Notes: generated by a model not told the origin, from the letters alone. 64,000 nucleotides of DNA from Betaproteobacteria bacterium RIFCSPLOWO2_02_64_14 (GCA_001770325.1 MEQT01000068.1:26741-90740), one strand, 5' to 3'. Counted from the stretch's first letter, positions 21,024 through 33,600 are shown. A program made the numbers and translations.

Positions 21024-21664
21024 CACTCGACGAACTGAGGCGCCTCGATCCCAAGCAAATCGGCAGCTGGCCCATTCTGCCCAAGTTGGGCGTGTTGCTG
21101 ATCCTGCTGCTCGTCATCGTCGGCTTGAGCTACTGGCTCGACTGGCAGCATCAGATCGACGCTCTGAGCGCAGAAGAACAGAAAGAAGTCCAGTTGAAGA
21201 CAACGTTCATCGACAAGAAGAAGGTGGCCATAAACCTGCCGGCTTACAGGAAACAGCTCGACGACATCGAGAAGCAGTTCGGGTCGCTGCTGAAACAGCT
21301 CCCCGGCAAGTCGGAAATGGACGCTCTTCTGACTGATATCAACCAGGCCGGGCTGGGGCGCGGGTTGCAGTTCGAGTTGTTCAAACCTGCAGCCGGCGAG
21401 GCGGTGAGGGATTTCTATGCCGAGCTTCCGATCACCCTCAAGATCAGCGGTAGCTACCACGACATGGGCGCTTTTGCGAGCGACATCGGCAAGTTGTCGC
21501 GGATCGTGACGCTGAACGACGTCGCCATCAGCCCCGCCCCGGCTAAAGGCGGGGGGCTGACCATGGATGCCACTGCGCGTACCTATCGCTATCTCGATGA
21601 CGACGAAGTGAGCCAACAACGGAAGGCGGCCGCGAAAAGCAAGCCCGCGCCGGGGAAAAGATGA
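21020..21664 (+). CDS. pilO: Type IV pilus alignment protein PilO
   Basis: 214 aa with a TM helix and a coiled-coil. Position and length fit PilO, and it overlaps both neighbours. Confidence 0.85.
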   Translation: MTLDELRRLDPKQIGSWPILPKLGVLLILLLVIVGLSYWLDWQHQIDALSAEEQKEVQLKTTFIDKKKVAINLPAYRKQLDDIEKQFGSLLKQLPGKSEMDALLTDINQAGLGRGLQFELFKPAAGEAVRDFYAELPITLKISGSYHDMGAFASDIGKLSRIVTLNDVAISPAPAKGGGLTMDATARTYRYLDDDEVSQQRKAAAKSKPAPGKR

Positions 21665-22173
21665 AACGCGCGATATCGGTCATCGTTCTGGGGCTGCTCG
21701 CACTGGCCGGTTGCGGCGAACAGCACTCGGACCTGAAGCAGTTCGTGAAGGATTCCGACAGCCTCCCGCGCGGGCGGATACCTCCATTACCCGAGGTCAA
21801 ACCCTACGAACCCGTTGCATACAATGCGTTTGACTTGGTCGATCCGTTCACACCACGGAAGATCGAGCCTCCGAAAGGTGCCGCGGCCGGAGGCGGACTG
21901 CAACCGGATTTCAACCGGCGCAAGGAACCGCTTGAAGCCTATCCTCTCGAAAACCTCAAGATGGTGGGCGTCCTGGTGCAGAATCGGGTCGCGCACGCGC
22001 TGGTCAAGGCACCTGACAACAACTTGTATCGCGTGAGGGCGGGAAATTACCTTGGGCAAAACTTCGGGCGCATCGTGAATGTCACCGAGTCGGCTGTGCT
22101 GCTCAAGGAAATCGTGCAGGACAGCGGGGGCAGCTGGGAAGAGAAAGAACAGAGTCTGCAGCTGCAGGAATAA
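21661..22173 (+). CDS. pilP: Type IV pilus lipoprotein PilP
   Basis: 170 aa with a lipoprotein signal (LLALAGC). It sits between pilO and pilQ. Confidence 0.85.
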   Translation: MKRAISVIVLGLLALAGCGEQHSDLKQFVKDSDSLPRGRIPPLPEVKPYEPVAYNAFDLVDPFTPRKIEPPKGAAAGGGLQPDFNRRKEPLEAYPLENLKMVGVLVQNRVAHALVKAPDNNLYRVRAGNYLGQNFGRIVNVTESAVLLKEIVQDSGGSWEEKEQSLQLQE

Positions 22174-22187
22174 CAGGAGGCTAGGAA

Positions 22188-24314
22188 ATGAGATTCAAGG
22201 CACTTACGACGATTCAAGCATGGGTTGCCTGCGCGACGTTCCTGGTCGCCGCCGCCAGCGCGTCGGCCTGGGCACAGACCAACAGCATCGAGGCGATCAG
22301 CATATCGCCGCAGGCCGCCGGCACGATCATCGTACGAGTGACGCTCAAGGAGGCGCCCGCGAATCCTCCCGCCGGGTTTACCGTCAACAATCCGCCGCGT
22401 ATTGCTTTCGATTTCCCGAACACGACGAATGCCCTCGGACGCAGCGTCGAGGACGTCGGAGGTGGTGATCTCCGTCGAATCAATGTGGTGCAGTCCGGTG
22501 GGCGCACGCGCATGGTCCTGGAACTAAGCCGCACCCTGAGTTATGACGCGAAGGTGGACGGTAAGTCGGTGCTGATCACCCTCCAGGGCGGCACGGCCGC
22601 GGCGGGAGCGGCGAGCTCCGGCCTGAGCCAGCAATTCGCCGAAGCGCGCCCGGGCGACCAGAGACACGGTTTGCGCAATATCGATTTCCGGCGCGGCGAC
22701 GCCGGCGAGGGACGCGTCATCGTCGATCTGTCGGACAACAATATAGGGATCGATCTGCGACGGCAGGGGAGCTCGATTATTGTGGATTTTGTCAATACGC
22801 AGCTGCCGAAGAACCTGGAGCGACGCCTGGACGTCAGCGACTTTGGCACGCCGGTGCGGATGGTGGACGCCGTGTCCCAGGGCAGCAACGCGCGGCTGAT
22901 CATCACGCCTCGCGGCAATTGGGAACATTCCGCCTACCAGACCGATAACCGGTTTGTCATCGACGTCAAGCGCATCGTGGAAGACCCCAATAAGCTGGTG
23001 CAAGGAAGCCGCCCGGGGTACCAGGGTGAGAAACTGTCACTCAATTTCCAGAGCGTCGAGGTGCGGGCGGTGCTGCAGGTGCTCGCCGACTTCACCGGCC
23101 TCAATATCATTACGAGCGACACGGTCAGCGGGAATGTCACCTTGCGCCTGAAGGATGTGCCTTGGGATCAGGCACTCGACATCATTCTGCAGACCAAGGG
23201 GCTCGACATGCGCAAAAGCGGCAACGTGGTCTGGATCGCGCCACGGGACGAGCTTGCGACACGCGAAAAGCTGGCGCTGGAGGCGAAACAGCAAATCGCC
23301 GATCTCGAGCCCACCCGCACCGAAGGGTTTCAGCTCAACTACCAGAAAGCCCAGGATGTGCAGGCATTCCTGAGTACCGGCACTCAGAGGATACTTTCCA
23401 AGCGCGGCAGCGCGGTCGTTGATGCGCGCACGAACACGGTATTCGTACAGGACACTCCGTCGCGGCTGGACGAGGTGCGGAGACTGATCCGCCAGATCGA
23501 TGTCCCGGTTCGACAAGTGATGATCGAATCGCGAATCGTCGAGGCCTCGGATACGTTCAGTCGTAACCTGGGAGTGCGCCTGGGGTACAACGCCAGCGGC
23601 GAGGGGATGCAGTTTCCCGGTGGCGGTGACCAGCGCTTTACGGTCGGCGGGCAATTATCGAACACTGGCGCACAGACCGGTCAGGTTCTCGGGACCCCGC
23701 TTTTCAACGAGTCGCTTAGCGTAAATCTGCCCGGGGGCAGTACCTCTGGAGCCAATCCAGGGGTGTTTTCGTTCATCCTGTTCAATGCCAACAGGTCGCG
23801 CTTTCTCAACCTCGAACTGAGCGCGCTGCAGGCGGACGGCAAAGGCAAGATCATATCGAGTCCGCGGGTCATCACGGCCGACAAGAATGAGGCCACGATC
23901 GAACAGGGAACCGAGATCCCGTTTCAGCAGGCCACTTCGAGCGGTGCGACGAGCGTTCAGTTCAAGAAGGCCACGCTGTCACTCAAGGTCAAGCCCCAGA
24001 TCACGCCGGACGACAACGTGATCATGAACCTTAAGGTCAACAAGGACAGCGTGGGGCAGGTTACCGCTGCCGGCCCGAGTATCGACACCAAGCAGGTTTC
24101 GACCGAAGTGCTGGTTGAGAATGGCGGCACCGTCGTAATCGGGGGGATCTACACCCAGGAGGAGCGTTCAACGACCAACAAGGTGCCAGTGCTGGGCGAT
24201 CTACCCTACGTCGGTTTTCTGTTCAAGAACAACATCAAGTCGGATGATCGCCGCGAACTTTTGATCTTCATCACCCCCCGTATCCTCAAGGAGGGCATCA
24301 GCACGCGGCCCTGA
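22188..24314 (+). CDS. pilQ: Type IV pilus secretin PilQ
   Basis: 708 aa with a signal peptide, AMIN-like N-terminal repeats and the secretin C-domain (VPVLGDLPYVGFLFKN...ELLIFITPRIL). Confidence 0.92.
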   Translation: MRFKALTTIQAWVACATFLVAAASASAWAQTNSIEAISISPQAAGTIIVRVTLKEAPANPPAGFTVNNPPRIAFDFPNTTNALGRSVEDVGGGDLRRINVVQSGGRTRMVLELSRTLSYDAKVDGKSVLITLQGGTAAAGAASSGLSQQFAEARPGDQRHGLRNIDFRRGDAGEGRVIVDLSDNNIGIDLRRQGSSIIVDFVNTQLPKNLERRLDVSDFGTPVRMVDAVSQGSNARLIITPRGNWEHSAYQTDNRFVIDVKRIVEDPNKLVQGSRPGYQGEKLSLNFQSVEVRAVLQVLADFTGLNIITSDTVSGNVTLRLKDVPWDQALDIILQTKGLDMRKSGNVVWIAPRDELATREKLALEAKQQIADLEPTRTEGFQLNYQKAQDVQAFLSTGTQRILSKRGSAVVDARTNTVFVQDTPSRLDEVRRLIRQIDVPVRQVMIESRIVEASDTFSRNLGVRLGYNASGEGMQFPGGGDQRFTVGGQLSNTGAQTGQVLGTPLFNESLSVNLPGGSTSGANPGVFSFILFNANRSRFLNLELSALQADGKGKIISSPRVITADKNEATIEQGTEIPFQQATSSGATSVQFKKATLSLKVKPQITPDDNVIMNLKVNKDSVGQVTAAGPSIDTKQVSTEVLVENGGTVVIGGIYTQEERSTTNKVPVLGDLPYVGFLFKNNIKSDDRRELLIFITPRILKEGISTRP

Positions 24315-24331
24315 TTCGCACGAGTCACGGG

Positions 24332-24356
24332 AAGGCGGCCCGGGGCCGCCTTTTTT
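24332..24356 (+). terminator. Rho-independent terminator after pilQ
   Basis: GC stem GGCGGCC / GGCCGCC with a 3-nt loop, followed by TTTTTT. It starts 18 nt after the pilQ stop. Confidence 0.7.
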
Positions 24357-24420
24357 GTTGGTGCACAGCGAATGGGCTCGCGGCGCAGTGCAAACGACGC
24401 GATTCCGCTAGAATCTCTGC

Positions 24421-24996
24421 ATGGAGTCCCCGCCCCCGAAGGCGCCGCCCGCGCACGGCGTACCCGAGAATATCTACCTGGTCGGCCTGATGGGTGCCGG
24501 CAAAACCGCCGTTGGCCGGGCGCTTGCGAAGCATCTGGGCAAGGAGTTCTTCGACACCGATCAGGAGATCGAGCGCGCGACCGGCGTGCGGATTCCGTTG
24601 ATCTTCGATATCGAGGGCGAAGCCGGGTTTCGTGCCCGCGAATCGAAGGTTCTCGGAGAACTCACCCAACACGCAAATATCGTACTTGCGACCGGCGGCG
24701 GTGCCGTGCTGTCGGCGCACAATCGACGGCTTCTCACCGAGCGCGGCACGGTCGTCTATCTGCGCGCGACGGTAGCCGACCTTGCGAAACGCACGCGGAA
24801 CGATCGGAATCGTCCCTTGCTCAGCGTGCCGGACCCGCTGGTCGTATTGCAGCGACTTCACGGGGAACGCGATCCGCTGTACCGCGAGGTGGCGGACCTC
24901 GTGATCGATACCGGCAGCCAGAGCGTCGCCGTTCTGGTGCGCAAACTTACCGGACAACTGGCGACATTGCGCCGGTCCGCCGCGGCTTCCACGTGA
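24421..24996 (+). CDS. aroK: Shikimate kinase
   Basis: 191 aa with P-loop [12 protein letters not shown], and ATGGGAV in the shikimate-binding region. Confidence 0.9.
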   Translation: MESPPPKAPPAHGVPENIYLVGLMGAGKTAVGRALAKHLGKEFFDTDQEIERATGVRIPLIFDIEGEAGFRARESKVLGELTQHANIVLATGGGAVLSAHNRRLLTERGTVVYLRATVADLAKRTRNDRNRPLLSVPDPLVVLQRLHGERDPLYREVADLVIDTGSQSVAVLVRKLTGQLATLRRSAAAST

Positions 24997-25016
24997 AATG
25001 CCCCGCTGATCAGAAG

Positions 25017-26108
25017 ATGCGGACTTTGACAGTTCAGCTGGCTGACCGGAGCTACCCGATCCATATCGGCCCGGGCCTGCTGAAACGGGTCGAGCTCATG
25101 ATTGAGCGTATGCCCCAGAAGGCGGCGGCCCTTGTTACCAACACCACAGTTGAGCCGCTCTACTCCCGCGGGCTTGTGGCAGCGCTCGAGGCCAACGGCG
25201 TGCGCGTGGTGCCTGTCGTCCTACCTGATGGCGAAGCTCACAAGAATTGGGAATCTCTCAACCGGATATTCGACTTGCTCATCGCCGGCCGCTGCGAGCG
25301 CAACACGACCGTCATTGCTCTCGGCGGGGGGGTAATCGGTGATCTGGCGGGCTTCGCCGCCGCGATATACCAGAGAGGCACCCCCTTCATACAGGTACCC
25401 ACGACGCTGCTCGCCCACGTGGATTCGGCGGTGGGGGGCAAGACGGCGATCAACCATCCTCTGGGTAAGAACATGATCGGGGCGTTCTATCAGCCCCGGG
25501 TGGTCGTCATCGACACCGATACGCTGGAAACCCTCCCCGCGCGCGAGTTCGCAGCCGGTATTGCCGAGGTCATCAAATACGGAGCGATCCGTGACGCGGC
25601 GTTTTTCGCCTGGTTGGAGCAGCACATCGAGCGGCTGATAGCCCGCGATCCGGATGCACTCGGCTACGCGATCGAGCGCTCTTGCATCAACAAGGCGGAA
25701 GTCGTTGGGCAGGATGAGCGCGAGACCGGGCAGCGTGCGCTGCTCAACTACGGCCATACCTTCGGCCATGCGATCGAGGCCGGTGTCGGCTACGGCGCCT
25801 GGCTCCATGGGGAAGCGGTCGCAGCGGGCATGGTACTTGCCGCGAAACTGTCCCGGCGCCTGGGGTTCCTGGGCGAGCCGGAGGTTACGCGTATCACCTC
25901 GCTCTTGCGGCGCGCCCGATTGCCCGTGGATGCGCCCGAACTCAGCAGGGAACGCTATTTCGAACTCATGGCGCACGACAAGAAGGTGGAGGGCGGCCGG
26001 CTGCGATTCATACTTTTGAGGGGCCTCGGGGAGGCATTTTTGGCGTCCGACGTACCTGTAGTAGCGGTTGAGGAAGCACTGGCGCAGCGTCACGCATCCG
26101 ATGTCTGA
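25017..26108 (+). CDS. aroB: 3-dehydroquinate synthase
   Basis: Starts [18 protein letters not shown]. Motifs [31 protein letters not shown] and HTFGHAIE are present. The upstream part of the 578-aa ORF is out-of-frame overlap with aroK. Confidence 0.9.
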   Translation: MRTLTVQLADRSYPIHIGPGLLKRVELMIERMPQKAAALVTNTTVEPLYSRGLVAALEANGVRVVPVVLPDGEAHKNWESLNRIFDLLIAGRCERNTTVIALGGGVIGDLAGFAAAIYQRGTPFIQVPTTLLAHVDSAVGGKTAINHPLGKNMIGAFYQPRVVVIDTDTLETLPAREFAAGIAEVIKYGAIRDAAFFAWLEQHIERLIARDPDALGYAIERSCINKAEVVGQDERETGQRALLNYGHTFGHAIEAGVGYGAWLHGEAVAAGMVLAAKLSRRLGFLGEPEVTRITSLLRRARLPVDAPELSRERYFELMAHDKKVEGGRLRFILLRGLGEAFLASDVPVVAVEEALAQRHASDV

Positions 26109-27222
26109 GTGCGCGCCCTACGCCGCCTCGAGCGCTGCTTCCCGGGGACGCCGCTATCGGGAGCCGCCGCCGCGGAATCGCTCAGAGTTCCAGCGCGATC
26201 GCGACCGCATCATTCATTCCACGGCATTTCGGCGCCTGGAGTACAAGACGCAGGTCTTCGTGAATCACGAGGGGGATCTGTTCCGAACGCGTCTGACGCA
26301 CAGCCTGGAGGTCGCCCAGATCGGGCGCTCGGTGGCGCGCAGCCTGCGCCTCGACGAGGATCTTACCGAGGCGATCGCCCTCGCCCACGACTTCGGGCAT
26401 ACCCCTTTCGGCCATGCCGGGCAGGATGCGCTCAACCGGTGTATGCGTGCCTATGGCGGCTTCGAGCACAACCTGCAGAGCCTGAGAGTGGTCGATGTGC
26501 TTGAACAGCGCTACGCCGCATTTGACGGGCTGAACCTTACGTTCGAGACGCGCGAAGGGATACTCAAGCATTGTTCGCGCAAAAACGCTCGCATGCTGGG
26601 AGAAATAGGCGAGCGCTTCCTCCGGGGCGGACAGCCGTCTCTGGAGGCCCAGATCGCCAATCTGGCTGACGAGATTGCGTACAACAATCACGACGTGGAT
26701 GACGGGCTCCGTTCCGGACTGCTCTTGCTCGAAGAGCTGGCCGAAGTGCGCCTATTCCGGCGCCACATGAAGGCCGCGTTGCGGAACTTCCCGCGGCTCA
26801 CGGGACGACGGCTCATACATGAAACCGTGCGGCGCATGATCGATATGCTGGTGACCGACCTCGTTGCGCACGCCGGGCGCAATCTTCGCCTGCATCGACC
26901 AACCAGCATCGCGGATGTGCGAAACGCGCCGTCCCTCGTCGGTTTCAGCAGCGCTGTCGAGAAGCTGCACCTCGATCTCAAGCAGTTCCTTCGTGAGAAA
27001 CTGTACCGCCATTACCGCGTCGCACGCATGAGCGCCAAAGCGCGGCGCATCGTGAGTGATCTGTTTGGGGCATTCCTCACGGACCCGAGGCTCATGCCGC
27101 CCGAGTTCCAGGCGCGCGCGACCGATGACGCGCCACGTGCCATTGCCGATTACGTCGCCGGGATGACTGATCGTTATGCGATTCTTGAGCATCGCCGCCT
27201 GTTCGCGATCGAGTCCAACTAA
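26101..27222 (+). CDS. dgt: dGTP triphosphohydrolase-like HD-domain protein
   Basis: Carries [23 protein letters not shown] and the HD motif [12 protein letters not shown]. Its ATG overlaps the aroB stop by 8 nt (ATGTCTGA). Confidence 0.85.
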   Translation: MSECAPYAASSAASRGRRYREPPPRNRSEFQRDRDRIIHSTAFRRLEYKTQVFVNHEGDLFRTRLTHSLEVAQIGRSVARSLRLDEDLTEAIALAHDFGHTPFGHAGQDALNRCMRAYGGFEHNLQSLRVVDVLEQRYAAFDGLNLTFETREGILKHCSRKNARMLGEIGERFLRGGQPSLEAQIANLADEIAYNNHDVDDGLRSGLLLLEELAEVRLFRRHMKAALRNFPRLTGRRLIHETVRRMIDMLVTDLVAHAGRNLRLHRPTSIADVRNAPSLVGFSSAVEKLHLDLKQFLREKLYRHYRVARMSAKARRIVSDLFGAFLTDPRLMPPEFQARATDDAPRAIADYVAGMTDRYAILEHRRLFAIESN

Positions 27223-27257
27223 ATCTGTAAGTGGGCACTTGCGTACTCTCGTGTACG

Positions 27258-27286
27258 TTGAAGCAAGCCCTTGAGCCATGTAGAAT
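27258..27286 (+). promoter_or_regulatory. Candidate sigma70 promoter for gltBD
   Basis: TTGAAG (27258-63), a 17-bp spacer, then TAGAAT (27281-86), about 110 nt upstream of the likely gltB start. This is a pattern match only. Confidence 0.4.
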
Positions 27287-27394
27287 TATCGGGTTTCGCT
27301 CGGCATTTGCTGGTGCTTGGCGGCGGCGCTTGTTGCGGCGCGTCAATCAGCCCATGACAAGGCCGGGATCCACGACTTACGCAATGGGGGCTTT

Positions 27395-30300
27395 GTGAGC
27401 GCAGACCATTTCGGGCCGCCGGTTGCCCAAGGGTTATACGACCCAAGGTATGAGCACGATGCATGCGGCGTGGGGTTTGTCGCGCACATCAAAGGCCGCA
27501 AGAGCCATGCGATAGTCGAACAAGGGCTCACCATCCTTCGCAACCTCACGCATCGCGGTGCAGTGGGATGGGATCCCAAGCTCTCCGACGGCGCGGGCAT
27601 CCTGATCCAGGTGCCGGACCGCTTCCTGCGCGACGAGATGGCGAAGCAGGGCGTGAGGCTGCCACCGGTCGGGAGCTATGGCGTCGGGATGGTATTCCTG
27701 CCACGAGAGCCGGCTTCGCGTCTCGCGTGCGAGTACGAGCTCGAGCGCGCGATCAAGGATGAGGGGCAGAGGTTGCTGGGGTGGCGCGACGTGCCGGTCG
27801 ACAATTCCGACATCGCCGAGCCCGCCCAAAAGCTGGAACCGGTGATCCGCCAGATTTTCATCGGGCGAGGCGAAGCGATCACCACCACCGACGGTCTTGA
27901 GCGCAAGCTCTATATCATCCGCAAGAGCGCCGGCCACGCCATTCAGGCGCTCAAGCTCGCCCACGGCACGGAGTTCTACGTGCCGTCGCTGTCGGCGCGC
28001 ACGATCGTATACAAGGGCATGCTTCTGGCACGCCAGGTCGGCGAGTATTATCTCGACCTCAAAAATGCGCGCGCGGAGTCTGCGCTGGCGATGGTGCACC
28101 AGCGGTTTTCGACGAATACGTTCCCGTCATGGGGCCTGGCGCACCCGTTCCGCATCATCTGCCATAACGGCGAGATCAACACTCTGCGCGGCAATGTCAA
28201 CTGGATCCGTGCCCGGCAGGGCGCGATTTCGAGCCCGGTATTGGGAGACGATCTGGCGAAGCTGTGGCCGCTGATCTACGACGGGCAGTCGGATTCGGCC
28301 TCGTTCGACAACGCGCTGGAACTCCTGGTCATGGGCGGTTACTCCGTGGCGCACGCCATGATGCTGATGATCCCGGAGGCGTGGGAGAACCACACCCTTA
28401 TGGATCCGTCGCGCCGCGCGTTCTACGAGTACCACGCCGCGATGATGGAACCGTGGGATGGCCCGGCCTCGATCGCGTTCACCGACGGGCGACTGATCGG
28501 CGCGACCCTCGACCGCAATGGCCTGCGGCCTTCGCGCTACATCGTGACCGATGACGACCTCGTGATCATGGGTTCGGAGTGCGGCTGCCTGCCGGTGCCA
28601 GAGGAGCGGATCGTCAGGAAGTGGCGCCTGCAGCCGGGCAAGATGTTCCTCGTCGACCTCGAAAAGGGGCGCATAGTCGACGACAAGGAACTCAAGGACT
28701 CGCTCGCCGGCGCCAAGCCGTACGCCGAATGGATCGAGCGCATCCGCGTCAAGCTCGACGAGGTCGATACGGAGAAGACCGCGCCGCTCAAGTCGGACGT
28801 GCCGTTGCTCGACCGGCAGCAGGCGTTTGCCTACACGCAGGAAGAGATCAAGATCATCATGGAGCCGATCGCGGCGATCGGCGAAGAACCGGTCGGTTCG
28901 ATGGGCAACGACTCGCCGCTTGCGGTGCTCTCGAGCAAGGACAAGACCCTTTACCACTATTTCAAGCAGCTCTTCGCGCAGGTCACCAACCCGGCGATCG
29001 ACCCGATCCGCGAAGAGCTGGTGACTTCGCTGGTGTCGTTTATCGGACCGAAGCCGAACCTGCTGGGCATCGACGAGATGAACCCGCCGCTTCGCCTCGA
29101 GGTAAGCCAGCCGGTGCTCGACTTCTACGAGATGGAGAAGATCCGGCACATCGAGCGTTACACGGGCGGCAAGTTTCGGTCCCTCGAACTCGACGTTACC
29201 TATCCCGTTGCCTGGGGCAAGGAAGCGATCGAGGCGCGACTGGCGTCGCTCGCCGCGCAGGCGGAGGACGCGGTGCGCGCCGGCTTTTCGATCATCGTGA
29301 TCTCCGACCGGCTGGTGAACGCCGAGAGGCTCGCCATTCCGGCCTTGCTTGCACTGTCGGCAATACACCAGCACTTGGTGGGCAAGGGCTTGCGCACCAG
29401 CACCGGACTCGTGGTCGAGACGGGCAGTGCGCGCGAGGTGCACCATTTCGCCCTGCTCGGCGGCTACGGCGCGGAAGCGGTGCATCCTTACCTCGCGATC
29501 GAGACGCTGCTCGCGATGCACCCGGGGGAGCCCGCTGCGGGCACCAAGGCGATCAAGAATTTCGTCAAGGCGGTCGGCAAGGGGCTGAAGAAGGTCATGT
29601 CGAAGATGGGCATCTCGACCTACATGTCCTACACCGGCTCGCAATGCTTCGAAGCCGTGGGGCTTGCGAAAAGCCTGGTGGACAAATACTTTACCGGCAC
29701 GGCATCGAACATCGGAGGCATCGGCGTGTTCGAGGTCGCCGAGGAGGCGATCCGCATCCACAAGAGGGCTTTCGGCGGCGACCCGATACTCGCCACCGCA
29801 CTCGATGCGGGTGGTGAATACGCATACCGCGTGCGCGGCGAGGAACACATGTGGACGCCGGATGCGATCGCGAAGCTGCAGCACGCGGCGCGCGCCAATT
29901 CGTATTCGACCTACAAAGAGTACGCGAACATCGTCAACGACCAGGCGCAGCGGCACATGACGTTCCGCGGCCTGTTCGCGTTCCGCTTCGACCGCTGCAA
30001 TCCGGTAGCAATCGAAGAGGTCGAGCCGGCCGCCGAAATCGTAAAACGCTTCGCCACCGGCGCCATGTCCCTCGGTTCGATCTCGACCGAGGCACACACA
30101 ACCCTCGCGGTGGCGATGAACCGCATCGGCGGGAGGTCGAACACGGGCGAAGGAGGAGAGGACCGCAAGCGTTACGCGCCGGTGCAGGCGGGTGAGACCC
30201 TGATGACACGGCTCGGCCGCGACCGTGTTGAGACCGACATCGCGCTGCACGAGGGCGACTCGCTCAATTCCAAGATCAAGCAGGTCGCCTCCGGCCGTTT

Positions 30301-32047
30301 TGGCGTGACCGCCGAGTATCTGGCCAACGCAAAAATGCTGCAGATCAAGATCGCACAGGGGGCGAAGCCCGGCGAAGGCGGACAGTTGCCGGGGCGCAAG
30401 GTGTCCGAGTACATCGCCGAGTTACGTTATTCAACGCCCGGCGTCGAGCTGATTTCGCCGCCGCCGCACCACGACATTTATTCGATCGAGGACATCGCGC
30501 AGCTCATCCACGACCTCAAGAATTCAAGTCCGGAGGCCGATGTCTCCGTGAAACTCGTCTCCGAGGTCGGCGTCGGCACCATCGCGGCGGGCGTCTCGAA
30601 AGCCAAGTCCGATCACGTCACGATCGCCGGGTTCGATGGCGGTACCGGCGCTTCGCCCTGGTCCTCGATCAAGCACGCCGGCACCCCGTGGGAGCTCGGG
30701 CTCGCCGAGACCCAGCAGACGCTGGTGCTGAATCGCCTGCGCGGGCGCATCGCCGTGCAGGTGGACGGTCAAATCAAGACCGGGCGCGATGTAGTGGTCG
30801 GTGCAATACTGGGCGCCGACGAGTTCGGCTTTGCCACTGCGCCGCTGGTGGTCGAGGGCTGCATCATGATGCGCAAATGCCACCTCAACACCTGCCCGGT
30901 GGGAATAGCCACGCAGGATCCGGTGCTCAGGCGCAGGTTCGAGGGCAAGCCGGAGCACGTGGTGAACTATTTCTTCTTCGTCGCCGAGGAAGTACGCGAG
31001 CTGATGGCGAAACTCGGCATCCGGAAACTCAATGATCTCATCGGACGCACGGATCTGCTCGACACGAGCAAGGGGATCGAACACTGGAAAGCCAAAGGAC
31101 TCGATTTCTCGAAAATCTTCTACATGCCGAAGATGCCTCCCGAAGTGGCGCTCTACCACTGCGAGACGCAGCAGCACGGCCTGGAAAAAGCGCTCGATAA
31201 CCGTCTCATCGAGCTGGCGCGGCCGGCTCTCGAGCGGCGCGAGAAAGTAACGATCGAAATGCCGATCCGCAACATCAATCGCACCTTCGGCACGATGTTA
31301 TCTTCGCGGATTGCCAAACGCTATGGGCATGAGGGGCTGCCGGAGGACACGATTCACGTGCGCCTCGCTGGCTCGGCCGGACAGAGTTTCGGCGCGTTCC
31401 TCGCGCGCGGCGTCACGCTGGATCTGATCGGCGACACCAACGACTACTGTGGCAAGGGGCTCTCAGGCGGGCGTATTTCGGTGCAGCCTTCGCCCAAGTT
31501 TCGCGGCGAGCCGACCGAAAACATCATTACCGGCAACGTTGTGCTTTACGGAGCGGTCGCGGGCGAAGCGTATTTCCGGGGCGTCGCAGGCGAGCGTTTC
31601 GCGGTGCGTAACTCCGGTGCCCGGGCGGTAGTTGAGGGCGTAGGCGATCACGGCTGCGAGTACATGACCGGTGGCACCGTCGTAGTACTGGGAACGACGG
31701 GGCGGAACTTTGGCGCCGGGATGTCCGGCGGCATCGCCTACGTACTTGACGCAGATGGTGAATTTATCAAGCGCTGTAACACCGCGATGGTGGACCTTGA
31801 ACCGGTGCTGACGGAATTGGAACAGCAGGCAAAACTTGCTCCCGAGTTCTGGCACGGCGGACGCTCCGACGAGACGATACTGCGTGCCCTGATCGAGAGG
31901 CACGCCCGGCATACCGGCAGCCGCCGCGCACAGGCGATACTCGATGGCTGGTCCGAGAACCGGGGGCGCTTCGTGAAGATATTCCCGAAGGAATACCGCC
32001 GAGCGCTCGGGGAGCTCGCCGCGGCACGCAAGAAGGTGGCTGCGTAG
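27395..32047 (+). CDS. gltB: Glutamate synthase (NADPH) large subunit
   Basis: Has the N-terminal amidotransferase Cys in [12 protein letters not shown], the FMN and 3Fe-4S regions ([26 protein letters not shown]) and the C-terminal GXGXG beta-helix repeats. The ORF opens at 27317 (TTG). I prefer the GTG at 27395, preceded by GGGGG, but the start is uncertain. Confidence 0.93.
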   Translation: MSADHFGPPVAQGLYDPRYEHDACGVGFVAHIKGRKSHAIVEQGLTILRNLTHRGAVGWDPKLSDGAGILIQVPDRFLRDEMAKQGVRLPPVGSYGVGMVFLPREPASRLACEYELERAIKDEGQRLLGWRDVPVDNSDIAEPAQKLEPVIRQIFIGRGEAITTTDGLERKLYIIRKSAGHAIQALKLAHGTEFYVPSLSARTIVYKGMLLARQVGEYYLDLKNARAESALAMVHQRFSTNTFPSWGLAHPFRIICHNGEINTLRGNVNWIRARQGAISSPVLGDDLAKLWPLIYDGQSDSASFDNALELLVMGGYSVAHAMMLMIPEAWENHTLMDPSRRAFYEYHAAMMEPWDGPASIAFTDGRLIGATLDRNGLRPSRYIVTDDDLVIMGSECGCLPVPEERIVRKWRLQPGKMFLVDLEKGRIVDDKELKDSLAGAKPYAEWIERIRVKLDEVDTEKTAPLKSDVPLLDRQQAFAYTQEEIKIIMEPIAAIGEEPVGSMGNDSPLAVLSSKDKTLYHYFKQLFAQVTNPAIDPIREELVTSLVSFIGPKPNLLGIDEMNPPLRLEVSQPVLDFYEMEKIRHIERYTGGKFRSLELDVTYPVAWGKEAIEARLASLAAQAEDAVRAGFSIIVISDRLVNAERLAIPALLALSAIHQHLVGKGLRTSTGLVVETGSAREVHHFALLGGYGAEAVHPYLAIETLLAMHPGEPAAGTKAIKNFVKAVGKGLKKVMSKMGISTYMSYTGSQCFEAVGLAKSLVDKYFTGTASNIGGIGVFEVAEEAIRIHKRAFGGDPILATALDAGGEYAYRVRGEEHMWTPDAIAKLQHAARANSYSTYKEYANIVNDQAQRHMTFRGLFAFRFDRCNPVAIEEVEPAAEIVKRFATGAMSLGSISTEAHTTLAVAMNRIGGRSNTGEGGEDRKRYAPVQAGETLMTRLGRDRVETDIALHEGDSLNSKIKQVASGRFGVTAEYLANAKMLQIKIAQGAKPGEGGQLPGRKVSEYIAELRYSTPGVELISPPPHHDIYSIEDIAQLIHDLKNSSPEADVSVKLVSEVGVGTIAAGVSKAKSDHVTIAGFDGGTGASPWSSIKHAGTPWELGLAETQQTLVLNRLRGRIAVQVDGQIKTGRDVVVGAILGADEFGFATAPLVVEGCIMMRKCHLNTCPVGIATQDPVLRRRFEGKPEHVVNYFFFVAEEVRELMAKLGIRKLNDLIGRTDLLDTSKGIEHWKAKGLDFSKIFYMPKMPPEVALYHCETQQHGLEKALDNRLIELARPALERREKVTIEMPIRNINRTFGTMLSSRIAKRYGHEGLPEDTIHVRLAGSAGQSFGAFLARGVTLDLIGDTNDYCGKGLSGGRISVQPSPKFRGEPTENIITGNVVLYGAVAGEAYFRGVAGERFAVRNSGARAVVEGVGDHGCEYMTGGTVVVLGTTGRNFGAGMSGGIAYVLDADGEFIKRCNTAMVDLEPVLTELEQQAKLAPEFWHGGRSDETILRALIERHARHTGSRRAQAILDGWSENRGRFVKIFPKEYRRALGELAAARKKVAA

Positions 32048-33505
32048 ATGGGCAAAATTACCGGCTTTCTCGAGTTCGGGCGCGTCGAGGAGACCTACGA
32101 GCCGAAGGAAGTTCGCAAGAAACATTACCGCGAATTCATCCAGCACCTTACGGATGAACAGGCGAAGATCCAGGGCGCGCGCTGCATGGACTGCGGCATT
32201 CCGTTCTGCATGAGCGGCTGCCCGGTCAACAACATCATCCCCGACTTCAACGATCTGGTATTCAGGCAGGACTGGAAGACTGCGATCGAAACGCTGCATT
32301 CGACAAACAACTTTCCCGAGTTCACCGGCCGCATATGCCCGGCACCGTGCGAGGAAGCATGCGTATTGCGCATCAATGAAGACCCGGTCGGCATCAAGTC
32401 GATCGAACACGCGATCATCGACAAAGCCTGGGAAGCGGGCTGGGTGCGGCCCACGCCCGCCGCGCACAAGACCGGAAAGAAAGTAGCCGTCGTTGGTTCC
32501 GGCCCCGCGGGGCTCGCGTGCGCCCAGCAGCTTGCCCGCGCCGGGCACGAAGTCGTGTTGTACGAGAAGAATGACCGTATCGGAGGGCTGCTGCGTTACG
32601 GCATCCCGGATTTCAAGCTGGAGAAGTGGATCATCGACCGGCGCCTCGAGCAGATGGCGGCCGAGGGCGTCGAATTCAGGGCCGACCACGTCGTGGGCGA
32701 CGCGCCGCTCGGCGCGGGCAACAGCGCGGCCACGCGAATCGACCCGCAGTGGCTGCTCGAGGAATTCGACGCTGCGGTGCTTGCGGGCGGCGCTGAGGTG
32801 CCACGCGATTTGCCGGTGCCCGGGCGCAATTTGCGGGGCATCGAATTTGCGATGGATTTCCTGCCGCTGCAGAACCGCCGGGTAGCGGGCGATGCCGGCG
32901 TGCCCGACCTGTGGGCAACTGGCAAACACGTGGTCATCATCGGCGGAGGCGACACGGGCTCGGATTGCGTCGGCACTTCCAACCGCCATGGTGCGGCCTC
33001 GATTTCGCAGTTCGAACTGCTGCCGATGCCGCCGGATGTCGAGCGCAATCCAGTCTGGCCGTACTGGCCCGTACGGCTGCGAACCTCGTCTTCGCACGAG
33101 GAAGGCGTCGAGCGCGACTGGTCCATCACCACCAAGCTGTTCCTGGGTGAGAACGGAAAGGTGAAGGCGCTCAAGGCGGTGCGCCTTGAGTGGAAGGAGG
33201 GCAAACCGAGCGAAATTCCCGGTTCGGAATTCGAGGTTCCCGCTGACCTGGTGCTGCTCGCCATGGGTTTCGTGTCGCCCGTGCAATCGGTGCTCGATGC
33301 CTTTGGCGTCGCGAAGGATCCCCGCGGCAATGCCAGAGCCACGACCGATGGCGTGGGTTGCTATGCCACCAACGTCCCGAAGGTATTCTCGGCGGGCGAC
33401 ATGCGCCGCGGGCAGTCGCTGGTGGTCTGGGCCATCCGTGAAGGCCGGCAATGTGCCCGCGCCGTGGACGAGTTCCTGATGGGAAGCTCGGAGCTTCCGC
33501 GATGA
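32048..33505 (+). CDS. gltD: Glutamate synthase small subunit
   Basis: 485 aa with Fe-S Cys clusters ([18 protein letters not shown]) and two Rossmann motifs ([25 protein letters not shown]). Confidence 0.93.
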   Translation: MGKITGFLEFGRVEETYEPKEVRKKHYREFIQHLTDEQAKIQGARCMDCGIPFCMSGCPVNNIIPDFNDLVFRQDWKTAIETLHSTNNFPEFTGRICPAPCEEACVLRINEDPVGIKSIEHAIIDKAWEAGWVRPTPAAHKTGKKVAVVGSGPAGLACAQQLARAGHEVVLYEKNDRIGGLLRYGIPDFKLEKWIIDRRLEQMAAEGVEFRADHVVGDAPLGAGNSAATRIDPQWLLEEFDAAVLAGGAEVPRDLPVPGRNLRGIEFAMDFLPLQNRRVAGDAGVPDLWATGKHVVIIGGGDTGSDCVGTSNRHGAASISQFELLPMPPDVERNPVWPYWPVRLRTSSSHEEGVERDWSITTKLFLGENGKVKALKAVRLEWKEGKPSEIPGSEFEVPADLVLLAMGFVSPVQSVLDAFGVAKDPRGNARATTDGVGCYATNVPKVFSAGDMRRGQSLVVWAIREGRQCARAVDEFLMGSSELPR

Positions 33506-33600
33506 AACGTGAAAAGTGAAAGGTGAAGGGTAACATCACTCTTGCGCGCCCCCATCTCGGCGCGCCCACTCTGCCTGACGTTTCATGTTTCACGTTTCAC
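33502..33600. repeat. Inverted arrays of 7-bp repeats (ATGAAAC GTGAAAA GTGAAAG GTGAAGG ... GTTTCAT GTTTCAC GTTTCAC) around a central GC hairpin
   Basis: I read the heptads directly: left array 33502-33529, right array 33580-33600 in opposite orientation. The inner stem is GCGCGCC (33544-50) / GGCGCGC (33559-65). The first heptad contains the gltD TGA stop, and the last ends 4 nt before the hemE ATG. Confidence 0.8.

Noticed and set aside
24372-26108. A 578-aa ORF suggesting an N-terminally extended or fused AroK-AroB protein.
   Set aside because: The first roughly 215 codons overlap aroK in a different frame and translate to Arg-rich low-complexity sequence. A canonical AroB N-terminus ([18 protein letters not shown]) starts at 25017, just after the aroK stop.
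26101-27222. The dGTPase-like HD protein as a possible anti-phage dNTP-depletion defence gene.
   Set aside because: It is translationally coupled to aroB through an 8-nt overlap, inside a conserved housekeeping block. It has no neighbouring defence or mobile genes. This is most simply the housekeeping Dgt-like paralog.
28127-30250. 707-aa ORF antisense to gltB. Similar long shadow ORFs occur at 31463-33451, 6206-7516, 7980-9167, 61209-62267, 53287-54384 and 25221-26093.
   Set aside because: Each lies entirely opposite, or out of frame with, a gene whose translation has unmistakable family motifs. Their own translations are Arg/Ala/Gly/Pro-rich with no recognisable domains. Long stop-free antisense frames are an expected artefact of GC-rich DNA.
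33502-33600. The short phased repeats could be mistaken for a CRISPR-like or tandem-repeat locus.
   Set aside because: The units are 7 bp with no spacers, only 3-4 copies per arm, arranged as inverted arrays. No cas genes are present in the window. This is not a CRISPR array.
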